From: a bacterium | Lineage (GTDB): Bacteria; Patescibacteriota; Patescibacteriia; Veblenbacterales; UBA10138 | Reading direction: 5' to 3' | NCBI GenBank assembly: GCA_020057885.1 | Contig: JAGVEX010000009.1 | Coordinates: forward strand, 36,704-100,703 | Length of the DNA: 64,000 nt | Shown: one piece after another, positions 18,477-27,940 of the stretch | Layout: each line of letters begins with the position of its first letter | How positions within the stretch are numbered: position 1 is the stretch's first letter | Program-made: the position numbers and the translations under genes | The notes under the pieces: generated by a model | Database searches by the model: none | What the model was told of the DNA's origin: nothing | The model's input: only the letters and a program-made list of their open reading frames with translations

Positions 18477-18986
18477 CTACTTCTGTATTTCTCTCGAGGG
18501 GTCAGTCTTGGCCAGTTGACTATAAGGTTGCATAGGTATTAAGCCAAGATCTTCCTGCATTTTTCTTTCTGAAGACTTTTTGATTTCGTCTATGACTTCC
18601 TCTACACTCATAGCTTTTCCGGATTTATATACTTCACGTATCAACCAAATAAGACACAGTGCCCCAGTAATAATAAAAATGGCTTGCCATACGTAGTGGG
18701 AAAATAACCAATCCTTAAAGTTTGAAGTTAGGATTGTTAATACTATTGATGCTAATAACCCAGCTGGAGCAATCCATGAACTTTTTCGTTCAACCGATGT
18801 CATATATTTAATTAGACATAAGTGGATTTTATCTTCAGTTGTAACAATAAAGCCCTCCCCTACATTCAAATGAACAGAAGACTTATTAATGAGTTCTTGG
18901 TGTACAGCTCCTTGAATAATCGTTGAGTTCCTTTTTTTAGATTTTCTCGCCATAGAGCTAGTTCCCTTGTGGGGGCAATAACCCAA
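18477..18986 (-). CDS. membrane protein (2 TM), unknown function; true start probably the internal Met (MARKSKKRN...)
   Basis: Hydrophobic helices IAPAGLLASIVLTILT and AIFIITGALCLIWLI. Confidence 0.4.
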   Translation of the reverse strand: MGYCPHKGTSSMARKSKKRNSTIIQGAVHQELINKSSVHLNVGEGFIVTTEDKIHLCLIKYMTSVERKSSWIAPAGLLASIVLTILTSNFKDWLFSHYVWQAIFIITGALCLIWLIREVYKSGKAMSVEEVIDEIKKSSERKMQEDLGLIPMQPYSQLAKTDPSREIQK

Positions 18987-19212
18987 GTGCCCCCAATGCG
19001 TGTTGACTAATAAATCCGCATCTTGTACAAACGACAGTCACTGATGGAAGGGCGGGCCCACCTAAGACTATCCCACCAATTTGTTCTTGTATTGGTTGGC
19101 TTAAATAGCCATCAACTAGAGAAAACTCCTGATTGCCACACCTTGGACATGGGTGACGGGCAAGCCTTTCGTTCAATCTATTTATTACTTCTTGTCGCTG
19201 TTCAGGTGTCAT
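18958..19212 (-). CDS. small zinc-ribbon protein
   Basis: 84 aa with CPRCG...CTRCG; overlaps the downstream membrane-protein ORF. Confidence 0.45.
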   Translation of the reverse strand: MTPEQRQEVINRLNERLARHPCPRCGNQEFSLVDGYLSQPIQEQIGGIVLGGPALPSVTVVCTRCGFISQHALGALGLLPPQGN

Positions 19213-19450
19213 ATTTAGACTTAGTTAAGTATATTTATATTACCATAAATCTTAAAACCATTCAGCCCAAGTAGGAGCTGGGTGAAACCAACTCGTAGCC
19301 GAACTTTGGGAAATGGTAAAAGTTGAAGAAAATTGTAAGGACTGATCAGATTGAGGCTATAAACACCGCACAGGACCTATATTAGTATACTACTTAAGGG
19401 GAGTAGAATTTATTTATTTAAGATTGCTTTATTTGTTACGGAATTTTTTA

Positions 19451-20149
19451 TTATTCCTCTGACCTAAAAAAACAAATGTCCTCAGACGGTGGTTGAGATG
19501 AAGCTTCTGTTGTTCCATCTGGTTCACAGTAAATACAATCTTTTTCTCCAAATATTACACATAGGCGCGACGACTTGCTACTAATCGCTATACGGCTCAC
19601 CGTCGCAACTAGAGTCTCGCGGGCAAGCGAGGTTAATTTACCATCTACTAAAGACTTAGGGTCAACTATTGTGAAAATATTCCCAAAGAGTTTTTCCTGT
19701 TCACTTGCTACATACTCAACAGGGTACTGTTTGCAGACGCGCCGCACAATGTAAGGGTAATTGAGTGACACGGAAAATTTATCTATGTCAATCCCAGAAT
19801 TTTTATCAATAACTTCTTTCAAGTTCTCATCAAATACTTTCAGCCTTTCCAAATGCCCGTTACTAACCGCAAAACCATAGTAATGACTTTCCCCTATAAT
19901 CTGTAAGATGACGCAATCTAAAGCTGGTAATAATAAATAGCTGGCTGTTGAAATGATTTTATCTGCCTTCGGTCCGTATTTTTCCATTACAAAATTAATT
20001 AGCATTTGCCTAACTTGTTCTACAGATTTGGTAGAGTCTTCTAAAGATAAGGGGGTGAATTTTTGTATCCCCAATTCTTTAAGTACTTTTACTTGGGGCT
20101 TGAATAACCAGGCGTAAAATTTTTTTAGAAAGTAAATCATAACTACCAC
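19451..20149 (-). CDS. hypothetical cytoplasmic protein, island cargo
   Basis: 232-aa ORF; 7-nt overlap with the upstream membrane-protein gene, implying an operon. Confidence 0.45.
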   Translation of the reverse strand: MVVMIYFLKKFYAWLFKPQVKVLKELGIQKFTPLSLEDSTKSVEQVRQMLINFVMEKYGPKADKIISTASYLLLPALDCVILQIIGESHYYGFAVSNGHLERLKVFDENLKEVIDKNSGIDIDKFSVSLNYPYIVRRVCKQYPVEYVASEQEKLFGNIFTIVDPKSLVDGKLTSLARETLVATVSRIAISSKSSRLCVIFGEKDCIYCEPDGTTEASSQPPSEDICFFRSEE

Positions 20150-20586
20150 CTAAAAAGAAAGAAATTAGCTATCATAGTGAGTAAATTAAGTGTAGGATCG
20201 CCATATTCATCAAAAAAATTATTAATTATGACGAATAAAATGATGGCGGGTACCCATAGTGCCCACAGAGGATAGACGTAGCTTTTTACTTTTTTTGAAA
20301 ACAGGTTGTGTAATAGAAAGAATGCCAGCACAAAGAATCCCACCCCCAACCAACGATCAGAATTTACAAAAGAAAAAAAGTTTACATCGCACGTTAAATA
20401 CTTAAATGACATGAAGAGCAACAAAACAATCATGTAACTTCTAAATATAAATCCTAAGAGATATAAAAGCCATCCCCATTTGTATCGCAACAAATCCTTC
20501 TCCCATTGTCTCCATTTTAACTCTTTACTTAATTTACTAGCGTTTTGATCAGTGGACTGAATGGAATTAGAAGTTTCGTCTACCAT
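20143..20586 (-). CDS. small membrane protein (4 TM), island cargo; likely ATG start at 20584-20586 (MVDETS...)
   Basis: Track ORF 20143..20616 begins at GTG. The first in-frame ATG gives MVDETSNSIQ...; hydrophobic helices follow. Confidence 0.45.
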   Translation of the reverse strand: MVDETSNSIQSTDQNASKLSKELKWRQWEKDLLRYKWGWLLYLLGFIFRSYMIVLLLFMSFKYLTCDVNFFSFVNSDRWLGVGFFVLAFFLLHNLFSKKVKSYVYPLWALWVPAIILFVIINNFFDEYGDPTLNLLTMIANFFLFRW

Positions 20587-20616
20587 AGAAATATATATTA
20601 GTAAAATTAGTAACAC

Positions 20617-20760
20617 AAAGCCCCGTGTTAGCTAGGCCTTGCGACCCCATACCGGTTTCCCGGTATGGCCCAATGACGAGTTGCTGAACACGGGGTTCAG
20701 TATCGTCATTGGGTCTTATGCTGCCATGCCCACAGCAGAGTCGTGGGTTTAGGCAATTAA
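20617..20760 (-). ncRNA. GC-rich highly structured 5' leader / ncRNA candidate (riboswitch-like)
   Basis: Nested perfect hairpins: CCAUACCGG-GAAA-CCGGUAUGG (GNRA loop), CCCAAUGACGA...UCGUCAUUGGG enclosing CUGAAC-CCCGUG-UUCAG, CUGC...GCAG, plus a possible pseudoknot CCCCGUG/CACGGGG. Lies directly upstream of the 20586 start. Confidence 0.3.
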
Positions 20761-20871
20761 ATTGTGATTATATATTAACAAAATTGTACACTATTATCAA
20801 TAAAACAAATTTGAATTTATATCCATAAGTGTCTATAGTTAATATTATAGTAGAGTCAATAATTTAATCGT

Positions 20872-21543
20872 ATGGTGTTGCTTGATGACATAATTAAGAT
20901 TATCGATGTTTTGCTTTTTCATTCGGAAGTTCGCAACGCTTCCGACAGTCTTCCATCTATCCCCATCATCATGTGCATAGGAGACCTTTCTTCGCCAGGT
21001 ATTTCTAAAAATAATACGGTGAATATTTTGAAGAAGTTGTACAATAACCACTGTATCTCCTCCATCCTTCCACTTGATGAGCCAGATGGTACTTTTGGAT
21101 ATGCTTTTTATAACAAGGACGATAGCGCAAGAATATTGTTAACAATATATAATTCGGCACTTATAAATTACAAACAGGAGTTGCTAGATAAATACCTAAA
21201 TAAAAAGACTACAATAGACCAATCCCATTCTTTGCAAAAAGATGGTATTTCATTTAATGACAATACAGGAGTTATAAAAGTAAAAGATAAACAATTTACT
21301 ATTGCGCCAGACACTAATGAGTTTGGGTTATGTAAGTTCATGTTCGATAGTAAAGTACTGGTACCTATAGATTGGTCAGAAGTATATAAATATGTACAAG
21401 GCGAGGAGCCAAAAGATAAGGTTAAAGATAGAAAGGTAATCTATGATGCAATGAAAAGGGTTAATAGACAAATACGAGAGAAAATTGGTGTTTCTGAAGA
21501 TTTTTTCACAGCTCAAAGAAAGACCATCAGACGAAATTACTAA
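20872..21543 (+). CDS. hypothetical protein, island cargo (AT-rich)
   Basis: 223-aa ORF. Confidence 0.4.
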   Translation: MVLLDDIIKIIDVLLFHSEVRNASDSLPSIPIIMCIGDLSSPGISKNNTVNILKKLYNNHCISSILPLDEPDGTFGYAFYNKDDSARILLTIYNSALINYKQELLDKYLNKKTTIDQSHSLQKDGISFNDNTGVIKVKDKQFTIAPDTNEFGLCKFMFDSKVLVPIDWSEVYKYVQGEEPKDKVKDRKVIYDAMKRVNRQIREKIGVSEDFFTAQRKTIRRNY

Positions 21544-21981
21544 AAGTGATCAAAAGTGGCCAAAAGTGGCTCACTGGGCCATTTGCTATGGTTAAGGTAT
21601 AAACAACCTTAACTTTTTTAATTGAACGATAATCATAGAGTTGTATAGAATCGTATACCATAGTATTCAAGATGACTCTGGCACACAAGGTGAATCCATA
21701 AGATGTAATTTACGTTCCTACCTCACCCCCACTACCTTAATGCTAGTCTAACGAATGTAAAAATGGCGTGTCGCAGAGAGAATAACACCCAGGTGAGATT
21801 GTAACTGATTGTTGTGATGAATATATATCACAAGTGTATGAAAATTTTCACTTTGACAAGCATTACAAAACATCAATAATTGGCTTAGTTGAGGTTAAAA
21901 TCATTGTTATAGGAGCATATTAAGTTGTTAAGTTTGTTAACATACTAACTGGGCAATAAATATGGAATATAAATTCAAATT

Positions 21982-22680
21982 ATGGAACAAATTGATGAAA
22001 TACTAAAAAAGAACCCCCCAGTTCAAGCGGAGTCTATAGCGACTTTTGCTACTCTACCCATTAGGCCGAAACTAAAAGAGACGAGGTTATTTTTAGATAA
22101 TGAATATTTTAGTGAAGGGTATGCGGCCAAATTCCCTAATTGGGTGACAGTGGTGTATGGCATATTAGCTAAGTATGCTAACGCAAAGGAACAAACGTGC
22201 TTTCCATCATATGAGACCATAATGAAAGGGTGTGGCGTAAGTAGGAATAAAGTTAATCCCGCCATAAAGGTACTTGAAATTCATAATATCATTGCTGTCC
22301 AACGCTCTAGGGGAGGTAAAAAGAAGCCGAATCAATATATTTTACTTAGTACAACAGTTTGGGAGTCATTTAACAATACCTATTTGAATACGGTTTTAAG
22401 AAACAAAAAGAACCATCAAACAGTACCTGATTTGTATGCCAAACAGTATCTAAATGAGTATCCAAACAGTACCCCCGTTGATACTGTAAATCAACTAACT
22501 AAATCAACTAATGAAATCAATGACGAACCAATAAAAAAACTAGATCAATTAAGACAACAACTAAAAAATGGGGGTATTCTTAAAAGGTCGACAGCCAATG
22601 AGGAGGAAACTCCACTATTAGGTGGTAAAATAGAAGAGTCCACTAGCGGCATTAAGGCTGCTATCAAAGTTGTACCTTAA
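21982..22680 (+). CDS. phage/plasmid replication-type helix-turn-helix protein (HTH_36-like)
   Basis: 232 aa; CFPSYETIMKGCGVSRNKVNPAIKVLEIHNIIAVQR resembles the PF13730-type wHTH of replication initiators. Confidence 0.45.
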   Translation: MEQIDEILKKNPPVQAESIATFATLPIRPKLKETRLFLDNEYFSEGYAAKFPNWVTVVYGILAKYANAKEQTCFPSYETIMKGCGVSRNKVNPAIKVLEIHNIIAVQRSRGGKKKPNQYILLSTTVWESFNNTYLNTVLRNKKNHQTVPDLYAKQYLNEYPNSTPVDTVNQLTKSTNEINDEPIKKLDQLRQQLKNGGILKRSTANEEETPLLGGKIEESTSGIKAAIKVVP

Positions 22681-22686
22681 CAATTT

Positions 22687-22902
22687 ATGAGTATTGATTC
22701 ACACATTACTTCTAGATTGCCCATGCTCCTAACACCTACGGAGGTAGCCAAGGCTTTACGTATTTCTATGGCGGGCATTTATCGTTTAGTTGATAAACGA
22801 GAGCTTCCGTTCCATAAAGTAGGTCGTGGCTTACGATTTACAGAACAGGATATAGTAGACTACTTATCTAGTGGCCGTGTTGAATCAATAAGGAGAATGT
22901 AA
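22687..22902 (+). CDS. xis: excisionase-family DNA-binding protein
   Basis: 71 aa; LLTPTEVAKALRISMAGIYRLVDKRELPFHKVGRGLRF is the MerR-like excisionase HTH; immediately upstream of int. Confidence 0.6.
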   Translation: MSIDSHITSRLPMLLTPTEVAKALRISMAGIYRLVDKRELPFHKVGRGLRFTEQDIVDYLSSGRVESIRRM

Positions 22903-22907
22903 ATGCT

Positions 22908-24110
22908 ATGTGTGTTCGTAAAATAGGTACATCTTGGAGAATAGATATTAGGTATCAACACATGCGGTACCGCCTTAAAAGCCCTGAAAACTCTAAAGCT
23001 GGAGCAGAGGCCTATGAAGCTACTTTGCGACAGAAATTAGCCCGTGGTGAGTCTATAGAGCCTGACAAACAAACACAGGTAACGACTATGCCTACGTTCA
23101 AAGAGTTTGCTGAAAAATGGTATCGCATCTATGTTCAAAATAATAATAAACCCTCGGAACAAAATACTAAGTCGTTAACTTTAGGTGCACACCTTTACCC
23201 GTGGTTTGGAAGTACTACGATTGATAAAATTACAGCATTACAGATTGAAGAATATAAAGCGTCAAAGCTTAAAACTGGTTTATCAGAGAAGACGGTTAAT
23301 AATCACTTGATAATTTTGAGTAAGTGTTTACGTACAGCTCAAGATTGGGCCGTGATAAGTGTTATGCCAAAAGTTCAACTACTTAAAGTTCCACCGTCAC
23401 GCTTTGATTTTCTGACACAAGAAGAAAGCGAGAGGCTACTTAAGTCAGTAAACCATCCCTTATGGCACGACATGATTCTATTGGCTTTAAGGACCGGCTT
23501 ACGCTTTGGTGAGATTATTGGTTTAGAGTGGAGTGATATAGATTTTGGGGCACAGGTATTAAATGTGAGGAGGTCTATTGTTGGGGGCGTGATTGGTAGC
23601 CCTAAGAGTAACAAAACACGCTGTATACCACTGACTAATGACATCATTGAGATGTTAAGAAAAAGGCAACATGCTAAAGGATTGGTGTTTGACGATAGTA
23701 TCAGCCAGGTAGTGAACTATTTCACTGCCAGAGATAACCTGACTAAACTTTGCAAGTCTGCTGGTTTGAGAGCTATAGGATGGCACACACTTCGTCATAG
23801 CTTCGCATCACAATTGGTAGCTAAAGGAGTTCCAATAATTACAGTACAAACATTACTAGGTCATTCAGATATAAGGATGACTACACGTTATGCGCACTTA
23901 GCTCCATCAACTTTACGTGAAGCGGTCATACTTTTAGAGAGCAATCCGAGAAATTTTGGGCACCAGATGGGCACTGAGTTTGCAACCCTATTTGACTCAC
24001 CAACGAAAAAAGCTCTTAATAGAGCTTTGTTTCCATCATTTAATTTGGTGGGTCCAGTGGGGATCGAACCCACGACACACGGCTTAAAAGGCCGCTGCTC
24101 TACCAACTGA
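22908..24110 (+). CDS. int: tyrosine-type site-specific integrase
   Basis: 400 aa; catalytic region LRTGLRFGEI...WHTLRHSFASQLVAKGVPIITVQTLLGHSDIRMTTRYAHL (R...HxxR...Y); reading frame runs into attR/tRNA. Confidence 0.85.
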   Translation: MCVRKIGTSWRIDIRYQHMRYRLKSPENSKAGAEAYEATLRQKLARGESIEPDKQTQVTTMPTFKEFAEKWYRIYVQNNNKPSEQNTKSLTLGAHLYPWFGSTTIDKITALQIEEYKASKLKTGLSEKTVNNHLIILSKCLRTAQDWAVISVMPKVQLLKVPPSRFDFLTQEESERLLKSVNHPLWHDMILLALRTGLRFGEIIGLEWSDIDFGAQVLNVRRSIVGGVIGSPKSNKTRCIPLTNDIIEMLRKRQHAKGLVFDDSISQVVNYFTARDNLTKLCKSAGLRAIGWHTLRHSFASQLVAKGVPIITVQTLLGHSDIRMTTRYAHLAPSTLREAVILLESNPRNFGHQMGTEFATLFDSPTKKALNRALFPSFNLVGPVGIEPTTHGLKGRCSTN

Positions 24111-24121
24111 GCTATGGACCC
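24046..24121 (-). tRNA. tRNA-Lys (anticodon UUU), CCA encoded
   Basis: Minus strand GGGTCCATAGCTCAGTTGGTAGAGCAGCGGCCTTTTAAGCCGTGTGTCGTGGGTTCGATCCCCACTGGACCCACCA folds as a cloverleaf with anticodon loop CUUUUAA. Confidence 0.85.
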
Positions 24122-24221
24122 AAATTAACCACAGCAAAAGAATTATAAGCGTAACTATATATTATTTCAAGTCCCCCACCCTAATAAGCCGCCCCAGATA
24201 GATTTATCACTCGTTCTTTAT

Positions 24222-24743
24222 TTATTTTTTAATATCCAACAATTTAAATAGCAACTCCCGCGTAACTTCCACATCTGCTAGTGCACGGTGAGCTTTAGGC
24301 TGGGGAATGGCAAAATGTTTAGCCAAATAACCAAGCGCATAACTTGCTACCAAAACCTTACTGCGCGCTAGTTCCAAAGTATCAAGCAAGGGGTTAGCAA
24401 GTGGTGGCAAACCCAAATCACGCAAATGTTTATTTATAAAAGACAAATCAAATTTAATATTGTGCGCTACTAATGTGGCATTCTCGCTAAAAAGCATAAA
24501 AGCCGGTATCACCTCAATTAAAGGTTTACCTTCGCGCTTAATAATATCATTAGTAATACCGTGAATAGCAACTACTTCAGCGTCTACTAATTTATCCGGA
24601 TTCACAATAGTATCAAAAGTATCAACCACTTCTCTACCCCGCACACGCTGAGCAGCCAGCTCAACAATGGCGTGGCCATCCTCTGGTTTCATGCCCGTAG
24701 TTTCCACATCAAAAATTACGTAATCTAAATCTGCCATAAGCAA
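24222..24743 (-). CDS. DnaQ-like 3'-5' exonuclease (DEDDh, Pol III epsilon family)
   Basis: 173 aa; Exo I FDVETTG, Exo II HNIKFDLSF, Exo III HRALADV. Confidence 0.75.
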   Translation of the reverse strand: MLMADLDYVIFDVETTGMKPEDGHAIVELAAQRVRGREVVDTFDTIVNPDKLVDAEVVAIHGITNDIIKREGKPLIEVIPAFMLFSENATLVAHNIKFDLSFINKHLRDLGLPPLANPLLDTLELARSKVLVASYALGYLAKHFAIPQPKAHRALADVEVTRELLFKLLDIKK

Positions 24744-24899
24744 TAGTTAATAACAAACTAAGTATAATTGATTAAAAACAGCCAGTCGAGGCGCAGATTA
24801 TGGTGGAAAACTCGTGTGAACAAACTGTGTACGGAAATGGGCTTGATTTAGCGCTCCCGCCGCCGTACAATAACCCTACCTATCATACATTGATTTTAT

Positions 24900-26288
24900 A
24901 TGGCACAAGCTAATAATCCGCAATTAGTGGGTAAATTACCCCCACAAAACCTAGATGCTGAAATATCTACCCTGGGCTCACTTTTGATAGATAAAGACGC
25001 CATTATTAAAATAGCCGATATTCTAGACTCTAGTGATTTTTACCTTGACTCGCACGGACAAATTTTTGCGGCCATGCTTGAACTTTATGAAAACCGTATA
25101 CCAATAGATATTTTATCGCTCGCCAGCCGTTTGCAGGAAAAAAATCAGTTGGAAGCAGTGGGTGGACATAGTTATCTTTCTGAATTGGCGAACGAAGTGC
25201 CTACCTCCAGTCACATAGTTTCCTATGCTAAAATTGTGCAACGCAAAAGCACTTTACGAAAACTGTTACGCGCCTCGGCTGATATTACTGAATTAGCCTA
25301 CAAAGAAACAGAAGACGTAGAAAATTTACTGGACGAATCGGAGCGCAGATTATATTCTGTTTCACAAAAATATTACAAACAAAATTTTATTCCCATTAAG
25401 TCAGTACTGAACGAGGCTTTTGACCGTATAGATGAGTTGCACCGTGAATCTGGTAAATTAAGAGGTTTGCCTACTGGTTTTGCTGATCTGGACAATTTGC
25501 TAGCCGGCCTGCAACGTTCTGATTTGGTTGTTTTGGCTGCCCGCCCGAGCGTTGGTAAGACAACTTTAGCGCTCGACATTGCGCGCAATGTGGCCACTAA
25601 ACAAAAAACTCCGGTGGGAATATTTTCGCTAGAAATGTCCAAAGAACAATTGGTGGACAGATTGCTTTGTTCTGAGGCAGGAGTGGATTTGTGGCGTATG
25701 CGCACAGGCAAACTTTCGGAAAAAGAAGATGACTTTCCTCGCATTGGTCACGCCATGGGTGTACTTTCCGAAGCACCAATTTTTATTGACGACTCTGCCA
25801 CTGCTAATGTAATGGAAATTCGCACCAAAGCGCGCCGACTACAAGCGGAACATGGTTTAAGTCTTATAATGGTGGATTATTTACAGTTGATGGAAGGGCG
25901 TAGTACTGAAAACAGAGTGCAGGAAGTAGCTGAGATAACACGCGGACTTAAAGCCCTGGCGCGCGAATTAAATGTTCCAGTGCTGGCACTTTCTCAGCTT
26001 TCACGCGCTGTGGAAATGAGCAAGCCGGCCATTCCCAAACTCGCCCATTTGCGCGAATCTGGTTCTATTGAGCAAGACGCTGACGTAGTAATGTTTATTT
26101 ACCGCAAGGCTGCTGATAAAAATTATCATCCTGATGATATTACTCCCGAAGAAAGGCATATAGCGGAAGTACATATTGCTAAACACCGCAACGGCCCCAC
26201 TGGTTTGGTACGACTATTCTTCGATGAGAACCGTGTTACTTTCCGCAGTATGGAAAGACAAGGCGCCGTTCCACCTCCCACAGAGTAA
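24900..26288 (+). CDS. dnaB: replicative DNA helicase
   Basis: 462 aa; N-terminus PPQNLDAEISTLGSLLIDKDA; Walker A GKTTLALD; RecA-like core. Confidence 0.9.
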   Translation: MAQANNPQLVGKLPPQNLDAEISTLGSLLIDKDAIIKIADILDSSDFYLDSHGQIFAAMLELYENRIPIDILSLASRLQEKNQLEAVGGHSYLSELANEVPTSSHIVSYAKIVQRKSTLRKLLRASADITELAYKETEDVENLLDESERRLYSVSQKYYKQNFIPIKSVLNEAFDRIDELHRESGKLRGLPTGFADLDNLLAGLQRSDLVVLAARPSVGKTTLALDIARNVATKQKTPVGIFSLEMSKEQLVDRLLCSEAGVDLWRMRTGKLSEKEDDFPRIGHAMGVLSEAPIFIDDSATANVMEIRTKARRLQAEHGLSLIMVDYLQLMEGRSTENRVQEVAEITRGLKALARELNVPVLALSQLSRAVEMSKPAIPKLAHLRESGSIEQDADVVMFIYRKAADKNYHPDDITPEERHIAEVHIAKHRNGPTGLVRLFFDENRVTFRSMERQGAVPPPTE

Positions 26289-26500
26289 AATCCTAAATCC
26301 AAAACTCTACCTGCCCGCCGCTAGCCTTCAACAATCAACGAATATTACTAGATTAAGCTGCGACTATTTATCGCGAGATAATATCTGTAATGTCAGCTTT
26401 GGCAGGCGGGAATCCTAAACAATAGCGGAGATAAAAAAATTAAAACATTTTGACATTTGGATTTTGGATTTATTTAGATATTAGTAATTAGATATTAAAA
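26283..26500. repeat. AAATCC-type intergenic repeat element, copy 2 (85-nt insertion in the hairpin loop; TTGACA promoter-like core upstream of ybaB)
   Basis: aatcctaaatccaaaac...cctgcccgcc[85 nt]ggcaggcggg aatcctaaacaatagcggagataaaaaaattaaaacattttgacatttggattttggatttatttagatattag. Confidence 0.6.
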
Positions 26501-26518
26501 AATTAATTTATACATTTT

Positions 26519-26824
26519 ATGTCAATGTTTTCAAAGCTCAAAGAAATTAAAGACCTGCGCAGTCAGGCTAAAACGATTCAGAACATGTTGGCGCAAGAAA
26601 GCGTGGAAACCAATGCCAATTGGGGCAAAGTAAAAATTAAGATGAATGGCAATCAAGAAATTCAGGCTGTGGAAATTGATGTAGAAATGATGCAACCAAG
26701 TAAAAAATCTGATCTGGAAAAAGCTGTTAAAGAAGCGGTGAATGATGCGAATAAAAAAGTTCAGCGGCTAATGGCAGAAAAAGTAAGACAGCAAGGTGGC
26801 CTTAATATCCCTGGTATAAAATAA
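26519..26824 (+). CDS. ybaB: YbaB/EbfC nucleoid-associated protein
   Basis: 101 aa; typical YbaB family sequence; precedes recR. Confidence 0.8.
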   Translation: MSMFSKLKEIKDLRSQAKTIQNMLAQESVETNANWGKVKIKMNGNQEIQAVEIDVEMMQPSKKSDLEKAVKEAVNDANKKVQRLMAEKVRQQGGLNIPGIK

Positions 26825-26848
26825 ATTTGTATTTTTTCATCTACTTTT

Positions 26849-27088
26849 ATGTCTATTGAATTAGCTGGGCCAGTAAGAGAATTCACCCCAAAAGAACTAG
26901 AAATAGAAGAAAAGGAATGGCAGAAAAAGAAATCAAAAACAACACCAGTAGAAAAACCATTGGCTCAGATGGAAATGCCACAGTATTGTCCTTCGTGCGG
27001 CACATTTAGTGCTGGGGCAGATGTGTGTCCGAACTGCGAACAAATTATAGAAATTGGGAGTAAAAATAATACGGAGCCATCTAGCTAA
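26849..27088 (+). CDS. small zinc-ribbon protein
   Basis: 79 aa; CPSCG...CPNCE. Confidence 0.4.
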   Translation: MSIELAGPVREFTPKELEIEEKEWQKKKSKTTPVEKPLAQMEMPQYCPSCGTFSAGADVCPNCEQIIEIGSKNNTEPSS

Positions 27089-27138
27089 AATTTTCTATTT
27101 TTAATTTAACCAAAAAGAGCTTCCATAAAAAGCTCTTT

Positions 27139-27759
27139 TTGGTTATAGTAAATAGCGTTATGTCCCCTACACCACGCGCCCTGGAAAGGCTGCTACAAGA
27201 ATTCACCAAACTACCCGGCATTGGTCCCAAGACCGCTGAACGGCTGGTTTATTATCTTTTAAAACAACCAAAAAGCGAACTGGAAGCTATGGCCGCCTCG
27301 CTGGCCCAGGTTAAAGACGAAGTTTTAACTTGCACCTCTTGTTTTAGGTTCACTGACCAAAATCCCTGCCCCATTTGCACTGATTCACGCCGCGACAAAA
27401 CTTTGCTGTGCGTGGTGGCAGAAAGCCAAAATATACCAGTCTTAGAGAAAACCAACGCCTTCCACGGCCTTTATCACGTGCTAGGAGGCGTGGTAAGCCC
27501 ACTTAATGGTGTAACACCTGATAAGCTTAAAATTAAGGAGCTGGAAGCACGCCTTAAGGCGGGTGGGGTAAAAGAGGTTATTTTGGCGCTCAACCCTGAT
27601 TTAGACGGCGAAACCACAGCTCTTTACCTGGCTAAAATAATTAAACCGTTAAATATAAAAGTTACGCGACTGGCACGCGGATTGCCGGTAGGAGCGGACT
27701 TGGAATATGCCGATGAAGTAACATTGGAAAATGCCATTACCGGCCGCAGAGAAGTATAA
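27139..27759 (+). CDS. recR: recombination protein RecR
   Basis: 206 aa; HhH LPGIGPKTAERL, C4 zinc finger CTSC...CPIC, Toprim domain. Confidence 0.9.
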   Translation: MVIVNSVMSPTPRALERLLQEFTKLPGIGPKTAERLVYYLLKQPKSELEAMAASLAQVKDEVLTCTSCFRFTDQNPCPICTDSRRDKTLLCVVAESQNIPVLEKTNAFHGLYHVLGGVVSPLNGVTPDKLKIKELEARLKAGGVKEVILALNPDLDGETTALYLAKIIKPLNIKVTRLARGLPVGADLEYADEVTLENAITGRREV

Positions 27760-27763
27760 ATAC

Positions 27764-27797
27764 AAAAACGCTCTGATATTAATCAGAGCGTTTTGTT
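27764..27797. terminator. bidirectional intrinsic terminator between recR and rplU
   Basis: aaaacgctctgat-atta-atcagagcgtttt. Confidence 0.6.
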
Positions 27798-27940
27798 AAG
27801 TATATTTAACTTAAGCTGCTGGAGTTGCTGGGGGACAAGTACAAGGATCGTTTTGGCATGTTGGACATGTATCCATAATATTTTTCTCCTTTTTCAACAA
27901 CTATAAGAGCTGCCAAAAAATTAAGAATAAGTAAATTAAA

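Larger units (their letters stand above)
16522..24121. mobile_element. ~7.6-kb integrative island inserted at tRNA-Lys(UUU)
   Basis: 46-bp direct repeats at both ends; intact tRNA next to a tyrosine integrase at one end with xis- and rep-like genes; AbiE cargo; shared 17-mer gggcaccagatgggcac just inside each end. Confidence 0.7.

Noticed and set aside
27790-27860. 20-codon Cys-rich minus-strand ORF (MDTCPTCQNDPCTCPPATPAA) downstream of rplU
   Set aside because: Very short, no SD, sits in a terminator/intergenic stretch; could be real but evidence is insufficient. L27 is simply not encoded after rplU here.
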